Assembly (NCBI RefSeq): GCF_017876815.1
Contig: NZ_JAGIOS010000002.1
Location: forward strand, 1,500,001 to 1,532,000
Direction of reading: 5' to 3'
Length of the DNA stretch: 32,000 nt
From: Sinorhizobium meliloti
GTDB lineage: Bacteria > Pseudomonadota > Alphaproteobacteria > Rhizobiales > Rhizobiaceae
Shown here: piece after piece, positions 1 through 8,458 of the stretch
Layout of the letters: each line of letters opens with the position of its first letter
Numbering within the stretch: position 1 is the stretch's first letter
The notes under the pieces: generated by a model
Databases searched by the model: none
What the model was told of the DNA's origin: nothing
What the model saw: the letters and a program-made list of their open reading frames with translations, nothing else
Made by a program: the position numbers and the translations under genes

Positions 1-279
1 TATTGTGAGGAGCGGGGACACGACCTTGCCGGTCTGACGGCGGAGGACCTCCCGGGGATCGATCCGCGGCTTCAGCCGGAGATGCTCGCGGCACTCGCCC
101 TCGAGAAGGCGCTTGCCAGCAGAAACGGCTACGGTGCAACGGCGCCGGAGCGGGTTCGCGAGCAGATCGCCCGCTTCGAAACGGCGCTCGCCGAATGCCG
201 CGCCTTTGCCGGCGGCCCGACCGGCGGCGCGGCCTTTGCGGGAGCGAAGAACGGCGCAGCGGAGGCGCGACGCCGATGA
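1..279 (+). CDS. Argininosuccinate-lyase-family (aspartase/fumarase superfamily) C-N lyase, 3-prime fragment; 5-prime end lies outside the window
   Basis: Frame 1 is open from base 1 to TGA 277-279. The tail ...LTAEDLPGIDPRLQPEMLAALALEKALASRNGYGATAPERVREQI matches the conserved ArgH-type C-terminus (SRNxYGxTAPxxV). The stop overlaps the next start (ATGA at 276-279). Confidence 0.65.
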   Translation, partial: YCEERGHDLAGLTAEDLPGIDPRLQPEMLAALALEKALASRNGYGATAPERVREQIARFETALAECRAFAGGPTGGAAFAGAKNGAAEARRR

Positions 280-1148
280 ATGTGGCAAGCCTCGCAACCC
301 CGCCCGTGGATTCCAAATACGAGATCGCCCATCTGAAACTGGTGCCGAAACGCCATATCGGACGGATGATCGTCGCGGGGGGCGTGCTCCTTCTGTTTGC
401 AGGCCTGGTGCGGGCCTTCAGCGTCGGCCAGATCGAGTGGAGCTATGTCCGCGACTTTCTCTTCGCACCCGCCATACTCGTCGGCCTCTACAACACCCTG
501 CTGATGACAGTTGCTGCCATGGGGCTCGGCATCGTGCTCGGCGTCGTCATCGCCATCATGCGGATATCAGGCAATCCGGTGCTGTCGTCGATCGCCATCG
601 GCTATATCTGGGTCTTTCGCGGGGCCCCGGCGCTGCTGCAGTTGATGCTGTGGTTCAACCTGGCGCTCATCTTCCCGACGCTCGGCATTCCGGGACTGTT
701 CGAGTTCAGGACGGTCGACGTCATGACGCCCTTCGTCGCGGCTGTACTCGGGCTTGGCATATCCCAGGGCGCCTATACTTCGGAGGTCGTGCGAAGCGGG
801 CTTCTGTCCGTCGACAGCGGCCAGTACGAGGCTGCGCGCACGATCGGCATGACGCAGATGATGATGCTGCGCCGAATCGTCCTTCCGCAGGCCATGCGCG
901 TCATGGTGCCGCCGGTCGGCAACGAGGTGATCGGCATGGTGAAGCTGACGTCGCTCGCCAGCGTCATCCAGTATTCCGAGATTCTCCACAACGCGCAGAT
1001 CATCTACTTCGCCAACACGCGCGTACTCGAACTGCTGCTGGTCGCGAGCTTCTGGTACCTGCTCGTCGTCTCCGTGCTCTCGATAGGGCAGCACTATATC
1101 GAGCGCTATTTCGGCCGCGGTTCGAAATCCATCCGCTCGTCCATGTGA
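276..1148 (+). CDS. Polar amino acid ABC transporter permease (His/Glu/Gln/Arg/opine family)
   Basis: ATG at 276 is preceded by GGAGG (261-265). The protein is hydrophobic and multi-spanning, with an EAA-type loop YEAARTIGMTQMMMLRRIVLPQAMRVMVPP. The upstream part of ORF 195-1148 overlaps the lyase gene and was trimmed. Confidence 0.85.
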   Translation: MNVASLATPPVDSKYEIAHLKLVPKRHIGRMIVAGGVLLLFAGLVRAFSVGQIEWSYVRDFLFAPAILVGLYNTLLMTVAAMGLGIVLGVVIAIMRISGNPVLSSIAIGYIWVFRGAPALLQLMLWFNLALIFPTLGIPGLFEFRTVDVMTPFVAAVLGLGISQGAYTSEVVRSGLLSVDSGQYEAARTIGMTQMMMLRRIVLPQAMRVMVPPVGNEVIGMVKLTSLASVIQYSEILHNAQIIYFANTRVLELLLVASFWYLLVVSVLSIGQHYIERYFGRGSKSIRSSM

Positions 1149-1156
1149 GGTCGGTC

Positions 1157-1927
1157 ATGAACCAGGATATTCTCGTCAAGGCTATCGACGTCACGAAGAA
1201 CTACGGCACGTTCCGCGCTCTCAACAGGGTCAGCCTGGAGGTCGCCCGCGGAGAGGTGAGCTGCATCATCGGTCCCTCGGGCTCGGGCAAGAGCACGCTT
1301 CTGCGCTGCATCAACCTTCTGGAGCGGATGGACGGCGGAGCGATCTGGGTCAAGGACGAACTGATCGGCTACCGCCGCGACGGCAACAATCTCCACGAGA
1401 TCAGCGATGCGGAGATCTCGCGCCAGCGGCGGCGGATCGGCATGGTTTTCCAGCGTTTCAACCTGTTCCCGCACAAGACCGCGCTGGAAAACCTCATCGA
1501 GGGCCCGGTGCAGGTGCTTGGCGAGCCGGTGAAGGAAGCGCGCGATAGGGGCTCGGCATTGCTGGAGCGGGTGGGGCTCGCGGACAAGGCGAACCATTAC
1601 CCTTCGGAACTTTCCGGGGGCCAGCAGCAGCGCGTCGCGATCGCCCGGGCCATGGGCATGCGGCCGGATCTCATTCTCTTCGACGAACCCACGTCGGCGC
1701 TCGACCCCGAACTGGTGTCGGAAGTGCTCGACGTGATGCGGGACCTTGCCGCTTCCGGGATGACAATGATCGTCGTCACCCATGAGCTCGGCTTCGCCCG
1801 CAATGTGGCGAATACCGTAACCTTCATGGAGACCGGCAAGGTGGTTGAAACAGGCTCGGCATCGGAGGTTCTCAGCACCCCGAAAAGTGCCCGAACGGCG
1901 GAGTTCATCAAAGCCGTCCACAGCTGA
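1157..1927 (+). CDS. Polar amino acid ABC transporter ATP-binding protein
   Basis: ATG at 1157, 9 nt after the permease stop. Walker A GPSGSGKST, signature LSGGQQQRVAIARA, Walker B ILFDEPTSALD, H-loop VVTHE. The first ~348 codons of ORF 113-1927 (a TTG start) overlap the permease in another frame and are spurious. Confidence 0.9.
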   Translation: MNQDILVKAIDVTKNYGTFRALNRVSLEVARGEVSCIIGPSGSGKSTLLRCINLLERMDGGAIWVKDELIGYRRDGNNLHEISDAEISRQRRRIGMVFQRFNLFPHKTALENLIEGPVQVLGEPVKEARDRGSALLERVGLADKANHYPSELSGGQQQRVAIARAMGMRPDLILFDEPTSALDPELVSEVLDVMRDLAASGMTMIVVTHELGFARNVANTVTFMETGKVVETGSASEVLSTPKSARTAEFIKAVHS

Positions 1928-1977
1928 GGAACAGCATGACGGCGGCAGACGAAGCCGCCGGCTACAACGAGGACAAA

Positions 1978-2820
1978 ATGGGGAACCACATGAACAAGCA
2001 CATCGCAGCGCTCACGCTCGCATGCCTCGCCGCAACCTCCGCCAATGCCGCCGGCCTGCCCGAGCGGGTGAAGTCGGCCGGCAAGGTCGTCGTCGCCAAC
2101 CAGCCGAACTATCCGCCGATGGAATATGTCGATCCGGCGACCAACGAACTTAAGGGTGTCGACATCGATCTCGGCGTTGCGCTTGCCAAGGAGCTCGGCA
2201 CCACGGTCGAATGGTCGAATATCGGCTTCGAGCAGATGATCTCGTCGCTTCAGACCGGTCGCGTCGACCTTATCCATAGCGGCATGAGCGATCTTCCAAA
2301 GCGGCGCGATACGCTCGACTTCATCGATTACATGAAATCCGGCGCGCAGTTCTACACGTCCTTTGCCCGCAAGGGCGAGTTCAAGACGCTCACCGATTTC
2401 TGCGGCAAGACCGTCGGCATGAGCCGCCGCACCTCCTTCCCGGACGAGACGGCGAAATGGAGTGCTGCCAATTGCGAAGCCAAGGGGCTGCCGGCCATTA
2501 AGGTCGTCGGCACGGAAGGCTCCGCCGATGCCCGCGCCCAGCTGAAGCAAGGCCGGCTCGACGCTGCGGTCCAGGGTTCCGAAACACTGCCCTATCTGAT
2601 GGATCTCGAGAAGGATACCTACGCTGTCGTGGGCGAGCCCTTCACCGTGGTCTATCAGGGCATTGGTTTCGCCAAGAAGGACACGGAACTGCGCGATGCC
2701 TATGCCGCAGCGCTGAAGGCCCTGATGGAATCAGGCGAATACAAGGCGATTTTCGCCAAATACGGCCTCGAGGGCACCTTGCTCGATGGCATTCACATCA
2801 ATGGCGAAGCGGTGAAGTAA
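1978..2820 (+). CDS. Amino acid ABC transporter periplasmic substrate-binding protein (family 3)
   Basis: Signal-peptide-like N-terminus MGNHMNKHIAALTLACLAATSANA, then VVVANQPNYPPMEYVDPATNELKGVDIDLGVALAKELG, typical of SBP_bac_3. GAGGA lies 4 nt upstream of ATG 1978. ATG 1936 (also with a GAGGA) and ATG 1990 are alternative starts. Confidence 0.8.
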   Translation: MGNHMNKHIAALTLACLAATSANAAGLPERVKSAGKVVVANQPNYPPMEYVDPATNELKGVDIDLGVALAKELGTTVEWSNIGFEQMISSLQTGRVDLIHSGMSDLPKRRDTLDFIDYMKSGAQFYTSFARKGEFKTLTDFCGKTVGMSRRTSFPDETAKWSAANCEAKGLPAIKVVGTEGSADARAQLKQGRLDAAVQGSETLPYLMDLEKDTYAVVGEPFTVVYQGIGFAKKDTELRDAYAAALKALMESGEYKAIFAKYGLEGTLLDGIHINGEAVK

Positions 2821-2831
2821 TTCGCCGCGCT

Positions 2832-2858
2832 GCGGCCCCGCCGAAGAGGCCGGGCCGC
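2832..2858 (+). promoter_or_regulatory. GC-rich stem-loop just downstream of the binding-protein gene (intercistronic hairpin or weak terminator)
   Basis: GCGGCCCCGC (2832-2841) pairs with GCCGGGCCGC (2849-2858): 9 of 10 positions, 7-nt loop cgaagag. No U-tract follows. Confidence 0.35.
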
Positions 2859-2893
2859 AATATGCGCCGTCGCCGACCGATTCTCGACAAACC

Positions 2894-4297
2894 ATGAGCA
2901 GTTCCATGCCCCGCGTTGCTGCCGACGCGCCGGTCGACAGGCTGGCATCCTTTCTTTCAACCCTCAGCTTCGAAGCGCTTCCCGCCGATGTCGTCGAAAA
3001 GACGAAAGTCCACATCGCCGACACGATCGGCGCGGCCCTGGCGGGGGTCCGTTCGGCGGAAGCCCGCATCGCCCGCCGGGCCGCCTGCGCGCCCGGTAGT
3101 GCGCTGATATGGGGCACCGGCGATCGGGCAGCAGCGCGTGAGGCCGCGCTCATAAACGGGGTGGCGGCCCATGCTTTAGAACTCGACGATTCCGGCGGCT
3201 GCGACCATTCGGGCGCCGTCGTCATTCCCGCCGTTCTGGCTGCGGTTGCCGAAGCCAAGCAGCCGGTGACGGGCAGGGAGCTCATCGCCAGCGTGGTTGC
3301 GGGCTACGAGACCGGCCGGCGCGTCCTCGAAGCGGCGGGCGGATACGACAGTCACAACGGGCTCGGCTGGCATTCCACGGGCACCTGCGGCACGCTTGCG
3401 GCTGCGGCGGCCGTTGCCAGGCTTTCCGGTTTCGACGATCTTGCCACGGGCCATGCGATCACGCTCGCCACCAGCTTCTCCTCCGGCCTCTGGGCCTTCA
3501 TCCACGACGGATCGCAGGCGAAGAAGATCCATGCCGGCCGCGCGGCCGAAGGCGGCCTGCTCGCGGCGCGGTTGGCAGGGGACGGGCTTGCCGGCCCCTC
3601 CAAGGTCTTCGACGACGTCTGGGGCGGCTTTTTTCGGGCGTTCAACAAGGATGTCTGCGAGCCGCAGAAGCTATGCGAAAGACTCGGCGAAGACTGGAAA
3701 GTGAGACGCGCGGTCCTCAAGCCTTACGCCTCCTGCCGGGGCGCCCATTCGTCGATCGATGCGCTGGGCGACCTGCTTTCGGAAACGGGCCGCGATGCAG
3801 CTGAGATCGACAGGATCGAGTTGCGGTTGAGCGCCATGCTGATGGGCATGTGCGGCGCCCGGGAGAGCGGCGCCATGGCGCCCACGCAGATGAGCCTGCC
3901 CTATGCGCTTGCGGCACGCTGCGTGTTCCTGACGGCCGGACTCCAGGCCTATGCCGCCGACCGGCGTGCCGATCCCCGCCTGCGGGCCGTCATGGACCGC
4001 ATGCTGCTGGCGGTAGACGATGGGATGCAGCCGCTCGACGAGCCGCTCGTCACGCTTCTCTTCAAGGACGGCGCCCGCCTGTCGCGAATGGTGCCCCGCG
4101 CGACCGGCTCCGCCGAAAGGCCGATGCGCCCCGCCGCCATCCGCGCCAAGTTCGGAGAGCTCGCCGCGATGGGCATCGAAACGGAGCAGGCGGATCGGCT
4201 CTGGCGGATGCTCGCCGAGCTCGAACACCTCGAGGATTGCCGCGCTCTGGAGTCCCTGCTCGCCGGCGACGGCGACAAGCGTCCCGTCTTTTGCTGA
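2894..4297 (+). CDS. MmgE/PrpD family protein (2-methylcitrate dehydratase-like fold; specificity unknown)
   Basis: 467 aa. The N-terminus LASFLSTLSFEALPADVVEKTKVHIADTIGAALAG and the later ELDD..HSGAVVIPA and GWHSTGT segments are characteristic of the MmgE/PrpD family. Confidence 0.8.
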   Translation: MSSSMPRVAADAPVDRLASFLSTLSFEALPADVVEKTKVHIADTIGAALAGVRSAEARIARRAACAPGSALIWGTGDRAAAREAALINGVAAHALELDDSGGCDHSGAVVIPAVLAAVAEAKQPVTGRELIASVVAGYETGRRVLEAAGGYDSHNGLGWHSTGTCGTLAAAAAVARLSGFDDLATGHAITLATSFSSGLWAFIHDGSQAKKIHAGRAAEGGLLAARLAGDGLAGPSKVFDDVWGGFFRAFNKDVCEPQKLCERLGEDWKVRRAVLKPYASCRGAHSSIDALGDLLSETGRDAAEIDRIELRLSAMLMGMCGARESGAMAPTQMSLPYALAARCVFLTAGLQAYAADRRADPRLRAVMDRMLLAVDDGMQPLDEPLVTLLFKDGARLSRMVPRATGSAERPMRPAAIRAKFGELAAMGIETEQADRLWRMLAELEHLEDCRALESLLAGDGDKRPVFC

Positions 4298-4307
4298 GGA
4301 TTTCGCC

Positions 4308-5186
4308 ATGACCTACGACCTGACGCCGCGTCCGCTCAATCCGGCGCCCCAAACGCCGGCGATGACTTGGCCGAACGGCGCGAAGAGCGCCGTCTTCATC
4401 GGCTTCGACGTGGACGCCGAAACCGCATGGATCGGCAACAACCCTTCGAATGTGGACCGGATGGTGACCACCTCCCATGGCGGCTACGATGCGCGCGTCG
4501 GCATCGCCAGGATCATCGAACTGATGGCGGAACTGGCGATGAAGGCGACATTCTTCACGCCCGGATGGACGGCGCTTGCCCATCCCGCGGCCTGCGAGAA
4601 GATTGCCGCGGCCGGACACGAGATCGGTCACCATGGCTATCTTCACAAGATGCCGGATCGCGACCGGCTGGAGGAGACATTCGAGGAGATCGACCGCGGC
4701 TTCGAGGCGCTGCAGCGGGCATTCGGAATCCGTCCCGTCGGCTACCGCGCGCCATCGGGAGAGAACTTTCCCGAGCTCATCGCCTATCTTGCCAAATCGG
4801 GCATCCGCTATTCCAGCTCGTTTCGCGACGACATCCTGCCCTACCGGCACGCGTCGGCGAACGGCGTGCCGGGCCCGGTGGAGATTCCGGTCAATTTCGC
4901 ATTCGACGACTGGAATTTCGGCATGTCCAGCCGCTCGAGCGCGCGGCCGCTCTTCGGCCGCGAAGCCGTCCTCGCCCTCTGGATCGACGAATTCGAGGCC
5001 ACCCATGCCTGGGGCGGCGTCACGACGCTCGTCCTGCACCCGCAAGTGTCCGGCCGTCCGATGCGCTGGCACCTCCTTCGCGACTTCCTGCGCCATGTTC
5101 AGGCAAAAGGCGACGTGTGGATCGCAACCGGCAAGGAGATCGCCGACCATTTCGAGACGCTGGAACGGCAACGCGGCGCATCATGA
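4308..5186 (+). CDS. Polysaccharide deacetylase (CE4 / PuuE-like) family hydrolase
   Basis: ATG at 4308, 10 nt after the PrpD-like stop. CE4-like motifs: GFDVDAET (motif 1), HEIGHHGYLH (His-His metal motif), YRAPSG (motif 3). The upstream part of ORF 4020-5186 overlaps the previous gene and was trimmed. Confidence 0.8.
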   Translation: MTYDLTPRPLNPAPQTPAMTWPNGAKSAVFIGFDVDAETAWIGNNPSNVDRMVTTSHGGYDARVGIARIIELMAELAMKATFFTPGWTALAHPAACEKIAAAGHEIGHHGYLHKMPDRDRLEETFEEIDRGFEALQRAFGIRPVGYRAPSGENFPELIAYLAKSGIRYSSSFRDDILPYRHASANGVPGPVEIPVNFAFDDWNFGMSSRSSARPLFGREAVLALWIDEFEATHAWGGVTTLVLHPQVSGRPMRWHLLRDFLRHVQAKGDVWIATGKEIADHFETLERQRGAS

Positions 5187-5232
5187 CGGCCCCGGCTGGC
5201 CTCGAACCGCCCCGATTGGATGCAAGAATCTA

Positions 5233-6069
5233 TCAGACCAGATTCCAGATCCGTCGCGCATTGCCGGAGAGCAGCTTCGTCCGTTCTTGGGGACTGCAGC
5301 CTTCGATGAGGGCCTGGGTGGCCGCGACCCAGGTCGAGAGGTTGCCGCCGAGGGTGCAGACCGGCCAGTCGCTGCCCCAGACCACCCGGTCCCATCCGAA
5401 AACCGAGATCGTGTGCTCGACATAGGGGCGGATGGAATCGAGCGCCCAGTCTTCCTCCGCATAGGCGATCACTCCGGAGATCTTGGCGACGACATTCGGG
5501 CGGCGGGCGATCTCGGTCATATGGTCGCGCCAGGGGTGCTCCCCGTGACCCTTTATGTCCGGAACGCCGCAATGATCGAGAATGAACTGAACTTCGGGCG
5601 CAAGGTCGGCGAGCGCAATAGCTTTCGGAATCTGATGCGGCAGGACGCAAAGATCGAAGGTGAAGCGGGTGCCCGAGAGCCGCTTGACGTTTTCGTGGAA
5701 AAGAGGCTGCTCCGAGAGGTCGTCGGTAACCACGTGCAGCACCCGCCTGAAACCTTTGACGAAAGCGTTCTCCTCCTGCCGCTCGAGATAGGCGGCGAAG
5801 CCTTCCTCTTCCGGGCGGCAAGCCGCGATCGCGCCTTTGAGGAGGCTTCCGGGCTCACCCGCAAGACGCGCGACCTCGCGCGTTTCGAGTTCGATCTCAG
5901 CCGGGTCGACGTCCACTTCCATATGCAGCGAGGCGGCAATGCCGACGCGCTTTGCCTCCGCCGCATAGGTGGCATAGAGAAAATCGCGATCGAGCGCAGG
6001 AACGCCGGCTAGCCACGGATAGTTGAGCGCGGATTTGTCGATCAGATGCAGATGCGTGTCGATGATCAA
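5233..6069 (-). CDS. Amidohydrolase-2 (COG3618) family lactonase, L-fucono-1,5-lactonase-like
   Basis: Starts ..IIDTHLHLID (metal-binding HxH) and contains DHCG, ISG and WGSDWP motifs of the amidohydrolase_2 family. The track start at 6096 is a TTG. I prefer TTG at 6069 because AGGAGGAG lies 5 nt upstream of it. Confidence 0.75.
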   Translation of the reverse strand: MIIDTHLHLIDKSALNYPWLAGVPALDRDFLYATYAAEAKRVGIAASLHMEVDVDPAEIELETREVARLAGEPGSLLKGAIAACRPEEEGFAAYLERQEENAFVKGFRRVLHVVTDDLSEQPLFHENVKRLSGTRFTFDLCVLPHQIPKAIALADLAPEVQFILDHCGVPDIKGHGEHPWRDHMTEIARRPNVVAKISGVIAYAEEDWALDSIRPYVEHTISVFGWDRVVWGSDWPVCTLGGNLSTWVAATQALIEGCSPQERTKLLSGNARRIWNLV

Positions 6070-6119
6070 GGCTGCTCCTCCTCTTCGTTCAAACAAGAAG
6101 TTGATCTTTTCGGCGCGGA

Positions 6120-6902
6120 TCAGCCCTGCGCGACATCGGCACCGGCGAGCGCCGAAAGCTGCGATGCGGTCTTGAGCAGGAGCGATATGGTCTCGGTGAT
6201 GTCAGGGGCCGAAGGATTGTTGACCAGGGAGATATAGGGGCAGGTGAGCGCTGCGATGCTGCGCCCGTCTGGCCCCAGGATCGGGGCCGAGAGGTTGTAG
6301 ACACCGGCGGTCTGGGCACTTGCCATCATCTCGTAGCCGCGCTCGCGGATCTGGTCGAGACGGGCGTAGAATTCCGGGGTGAGGTTGATCTCGTCCCTGC
6401 TGCGCACATGCTCGGAGATCATCATTTCCCGTTCCTCCGGCGAACGGAATGCAAGCAGCACGTGGCCCGATCCGGTGTCGAACAGGCTGATATGCGAGCC
6501 CACCCGGATCGAAATACCCCAATAATCCGGCGCCTCCTGTTGGGCGATCACGACGGCGGAGCCGCGGTCGAATACGGCAAGTTGGTTGGCCTGTTTCGAT
6601 CGCTGGGCGAGCTCACGCATCAGCGGCGTCGCGAAAGAAGCGAGCCGGCGCACGGGCGCGTGCAACTGCGCCAATCCGAAGAGCTTCAGGGTCAGCGAAT
6701 AGAGATCGCCGTCGATACGGGTCACGTAGCCGCGGCGTACGAGCCTGTCGAGCATGCGGTAGAATTCGTTCGGACTGCGGTTCAGCCTCTTCGAAATCTC
6801 CGCCTGCGTGAGGCCGCCGTCGACGCTGGCAAGCAGCTCCAGTATGTCCAGGCCCTTGTCGAGTGCCGGCGCACGATACTTGTCGGACTCTTCATTGTCC
6901 AT
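6120..6902 (-). CDS. IclR family transcriptional regulator
   Basis: N-terminal winged HTH (ALDKGLDILELLASVDGGLTQAEISKRLNRSPNEFYRMLDRLVRRGYV) plus a C-terminal IclR effector domain. ATG at 6902 is preceded by GGGAGAG. The upstream part of ORF 6120-6980 was trimmed. Confidence 0.85.
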   Translation of the reverse strand: MDNEESDKYRAPALDKGLDILELLASVDGGLTQAEISKRLNRSPNEFYRMLDRLVRRGYVTRIDGDLYSLTLKLFGLAQLHAPVRRLASFATPLMRELAQRSKQANQLAVFDRGSAVVIAQQEAPDYWGISIRVGSHISLFDTGSGHVLLAFRSPEEREMMISEHVRSRDEINLTPEFYARLDQIRERGYEMMASAQTAGVYNLSAPILGPDGRSIAALTCPYISLVNNPSAPDITETISLLLKTASQLSALAGADVAQG

Positions 6903-6982
6903 CCGCGTCTCTCCCAGATGAATATTCCTCTCCATATACGCATGAAAAGCGGAAGACGGAAGGGAATGGCCCTTGACCATCC

Positions 6983-7007
6983 ATAAATTTATCGTTTGTA
7001 TATAAAT
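6983..7007. promoter_or_regulatory. AT-rich palindromic candidate operator in the divergent iclR / ABC-transporter control region
   Basis: Perfect 10-bp palindrome ATAAATTTAT (6983-6992). TTTAT (6988-6992) N9 ATAAA (7002-7006) forms an inverted repeat. ATAAAT is repeated at 6983 and 7002. This is the most AT-rich patch of the 167-bp intergenic region. Confidence 0.3.
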
Positions 7008-7069
7008 CAGTTTCTCACAGATGAGGACTCATGCTCCTGGAGAAGGGCGTGTTCAGCGGAGGAAATACA

Positions 7070-8389
7070 ATGAACAGGCTGCTTTCCGGCGTATCGGCCG
7101 GAGTGATCATGCTTGCTTGCGCAATGGGGGCGGCCAAGGCCGCGGACCTGCCCGGCAAGTTCGAGGGCGTGACCATCGACGCCAAGCTGATCGGTGGACA
7201 GCAGTACGAAAGGCTCTATGAGCGCATCGGCGAATGGGAGAAGGCGACCGGCGCCAAGGTCAATATCCTGTCGAAGAAGAACCACTTCGAACTGGACAAA
7301 GAGATCAAGTCCGATATCGCCACCGGCGGCCTTACCTGGTGCGTCGGTTCGAATCATTCCTCCTTCGCGCCGCAATACCCGGACATCTACGCCGACCTTT
7401 TCGGCCTTATCCCTTCCGAGGAAGTAGCCAAATTCGTGCCGGCCGTAATCGACGCCTCGACGCTCGACGGCAAGCTCGTCATGCTGCCGCGGGCACAGTT
7501 CGACGTCTCCGCCCTATATTTCCAGAAGAGCCTCTATCAGGACGAGGCGAAGAAGACCGAATTCAAGGCCAAATACGGCTATGACCTCGCGCCGCCGGAC
7601 ACCTGGGCTCAGGTGAGCGACCAGGCGGAATTCTTCGCCGCTCCGCCGAATTTCTACGGCACCCAGTTCGCCGGCAAGGAGGAAGCGATCAACGGCCGCT
7701 TCTACGAAATGCTGGTCGCCGAGGGTGGTGAATATCTCGACAAGGACGGCCGCCCAGCCTTCAATTCGGAAGCGGGCGTGCGTGCCCTCGAATGGTTCGT
7801 CAAGCTCTACAAGGACAAGGCGGTACCGCCGGGCACCACCAACTATCTCTGGGACGATCTCGGACAGGGCTTCGCCTCGGGCTCGATCGCGGTCAATCTC
7901 GACTGGCCCGGCTGGGCATCCTTCTTCAACGATCCGAAATCGTCGAAAGTCGCCGGCAATGTCGGCGTCAAGGTTCAGCCGGCCGGCTCCTCCGGCAAGC
8001 GCACCGGCTGGTCCGGGCATCACGGCTTCTCGGTGACCGAGTCCTGCGCCGACAAAGAGGCAGCCGCCTCGCTCGTCTGGTGGCTGACCAACGAGGACAG
8101 CCAGAAGCTCGAATCCGCCGCCGGCCCGCTGCCGACCCGAAGCGCGGTCTGGGACTTCAACATCAAGGCCGCTGAAGGCGACGCCTACAAGACCGAGGTC
8201 CTGCAGGCCTTCCAGGAAGCGGCAAAGCATGCCTTCCCGGTGCCGCAGACGGCTGAGTGGATCGAGATCTCCAACGCGGTCTATCCGGAGCTGCAGGCAG
8301 CGATCCTCGGCGACAAGACGTCGAAGGAAGCTCTCGACGCCGCCGCCGAAAAGGCGACCGGCATCCTCGAAGACGCCGGCAAACTCTGA
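7070..8389 (+). CDS. Sugar ABC transporter periplasmic substrate-binding protein (family 1), probable L-fucose/deoxy-sugar binding
   Basis: ATG at 7070 with GGAGGA 6 nt upstream. Signal peptide MNRLLSGVSAGVIMLACAMGAAKA. About 440 aa, with the size and composition of a carbohydrate SBP, heading a CUT1-type transporter operon. Confidence 0.85.
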   Translation: MNRLLSGVSAGVIMLACAMGAAKAADLPGKFEGVTIDAKLIGGQQYERLYERIGEWEKATGAKVNILSKKNHFELDKEIKSDIATGGLTWCVGSNHSSFAPQYPDIYADLFGLIPSEEVAKFVPAVIDASTLDGKLVMLPRAQFDVSALYFQKSLYQDEAKKTEFKAKYGYDLAPPDTWAQVSDQAEFFAAPPNFYGTQFAGKEEAINGRFYEMLVAEGGEYLDKDGRPAFNSEAGVRALEWFVKLYKDKAVPPGTTNYLWDDLGQGFASGSIAVNLDWPGWASFFNDPKSSKVAGNVGVKVQPAGSSGKRTGWSGHHGFSVTESCADKEAAASLVWWLTNEDSQKLESAAGPLPTRSAVWDFNIKAAEGDAYKTEVLQAFQEAAKHAFPVPQTAEWIEISNAVYPELQAAILGDKTSKEALDAAAEKATGILEDAGKL

Positions 8390-8401
8390 TCCCGATTGAA
8401 A

Positions 8402-8429
8402 GGCGGCGCCGGACCGTTTCGGCGCCGCC
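8402..8429 (+). promoter_or_regulatory. Perfect 10-bp GC stem-loop between the binding-protein and permease genes
   Basis: GGCGGCGCCG (8402-8411) pairs with CGGCGCCGCC (8420-8429), 8-nt loop gaccgttt. It lies 13 nt after the SBP stop. No U-tract follows. Confidence 0.5.
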
Positions 8430-8458
8430 GCGCATGTGAACTCTTCCCAGGATCTCCG

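Noticed and set aside
113-1156. N-terminal ~348 codons of the 604-aa ORF 113-1927
   Set aside because: It begins at a TTG and overlaps the permease gene in another frame with Arg/Pro-rich junk. The ABC ATPase homology begins only at the ATG at 1157.
4576-6012. 478-aa plus-strand ORF spanning the deacetylase 3-prime half and the lactonase gene
   Set aside because: It is out of frame with the deacetylase and antisense to the lactonase. Ser/Arg/Pro-rich with no motif.
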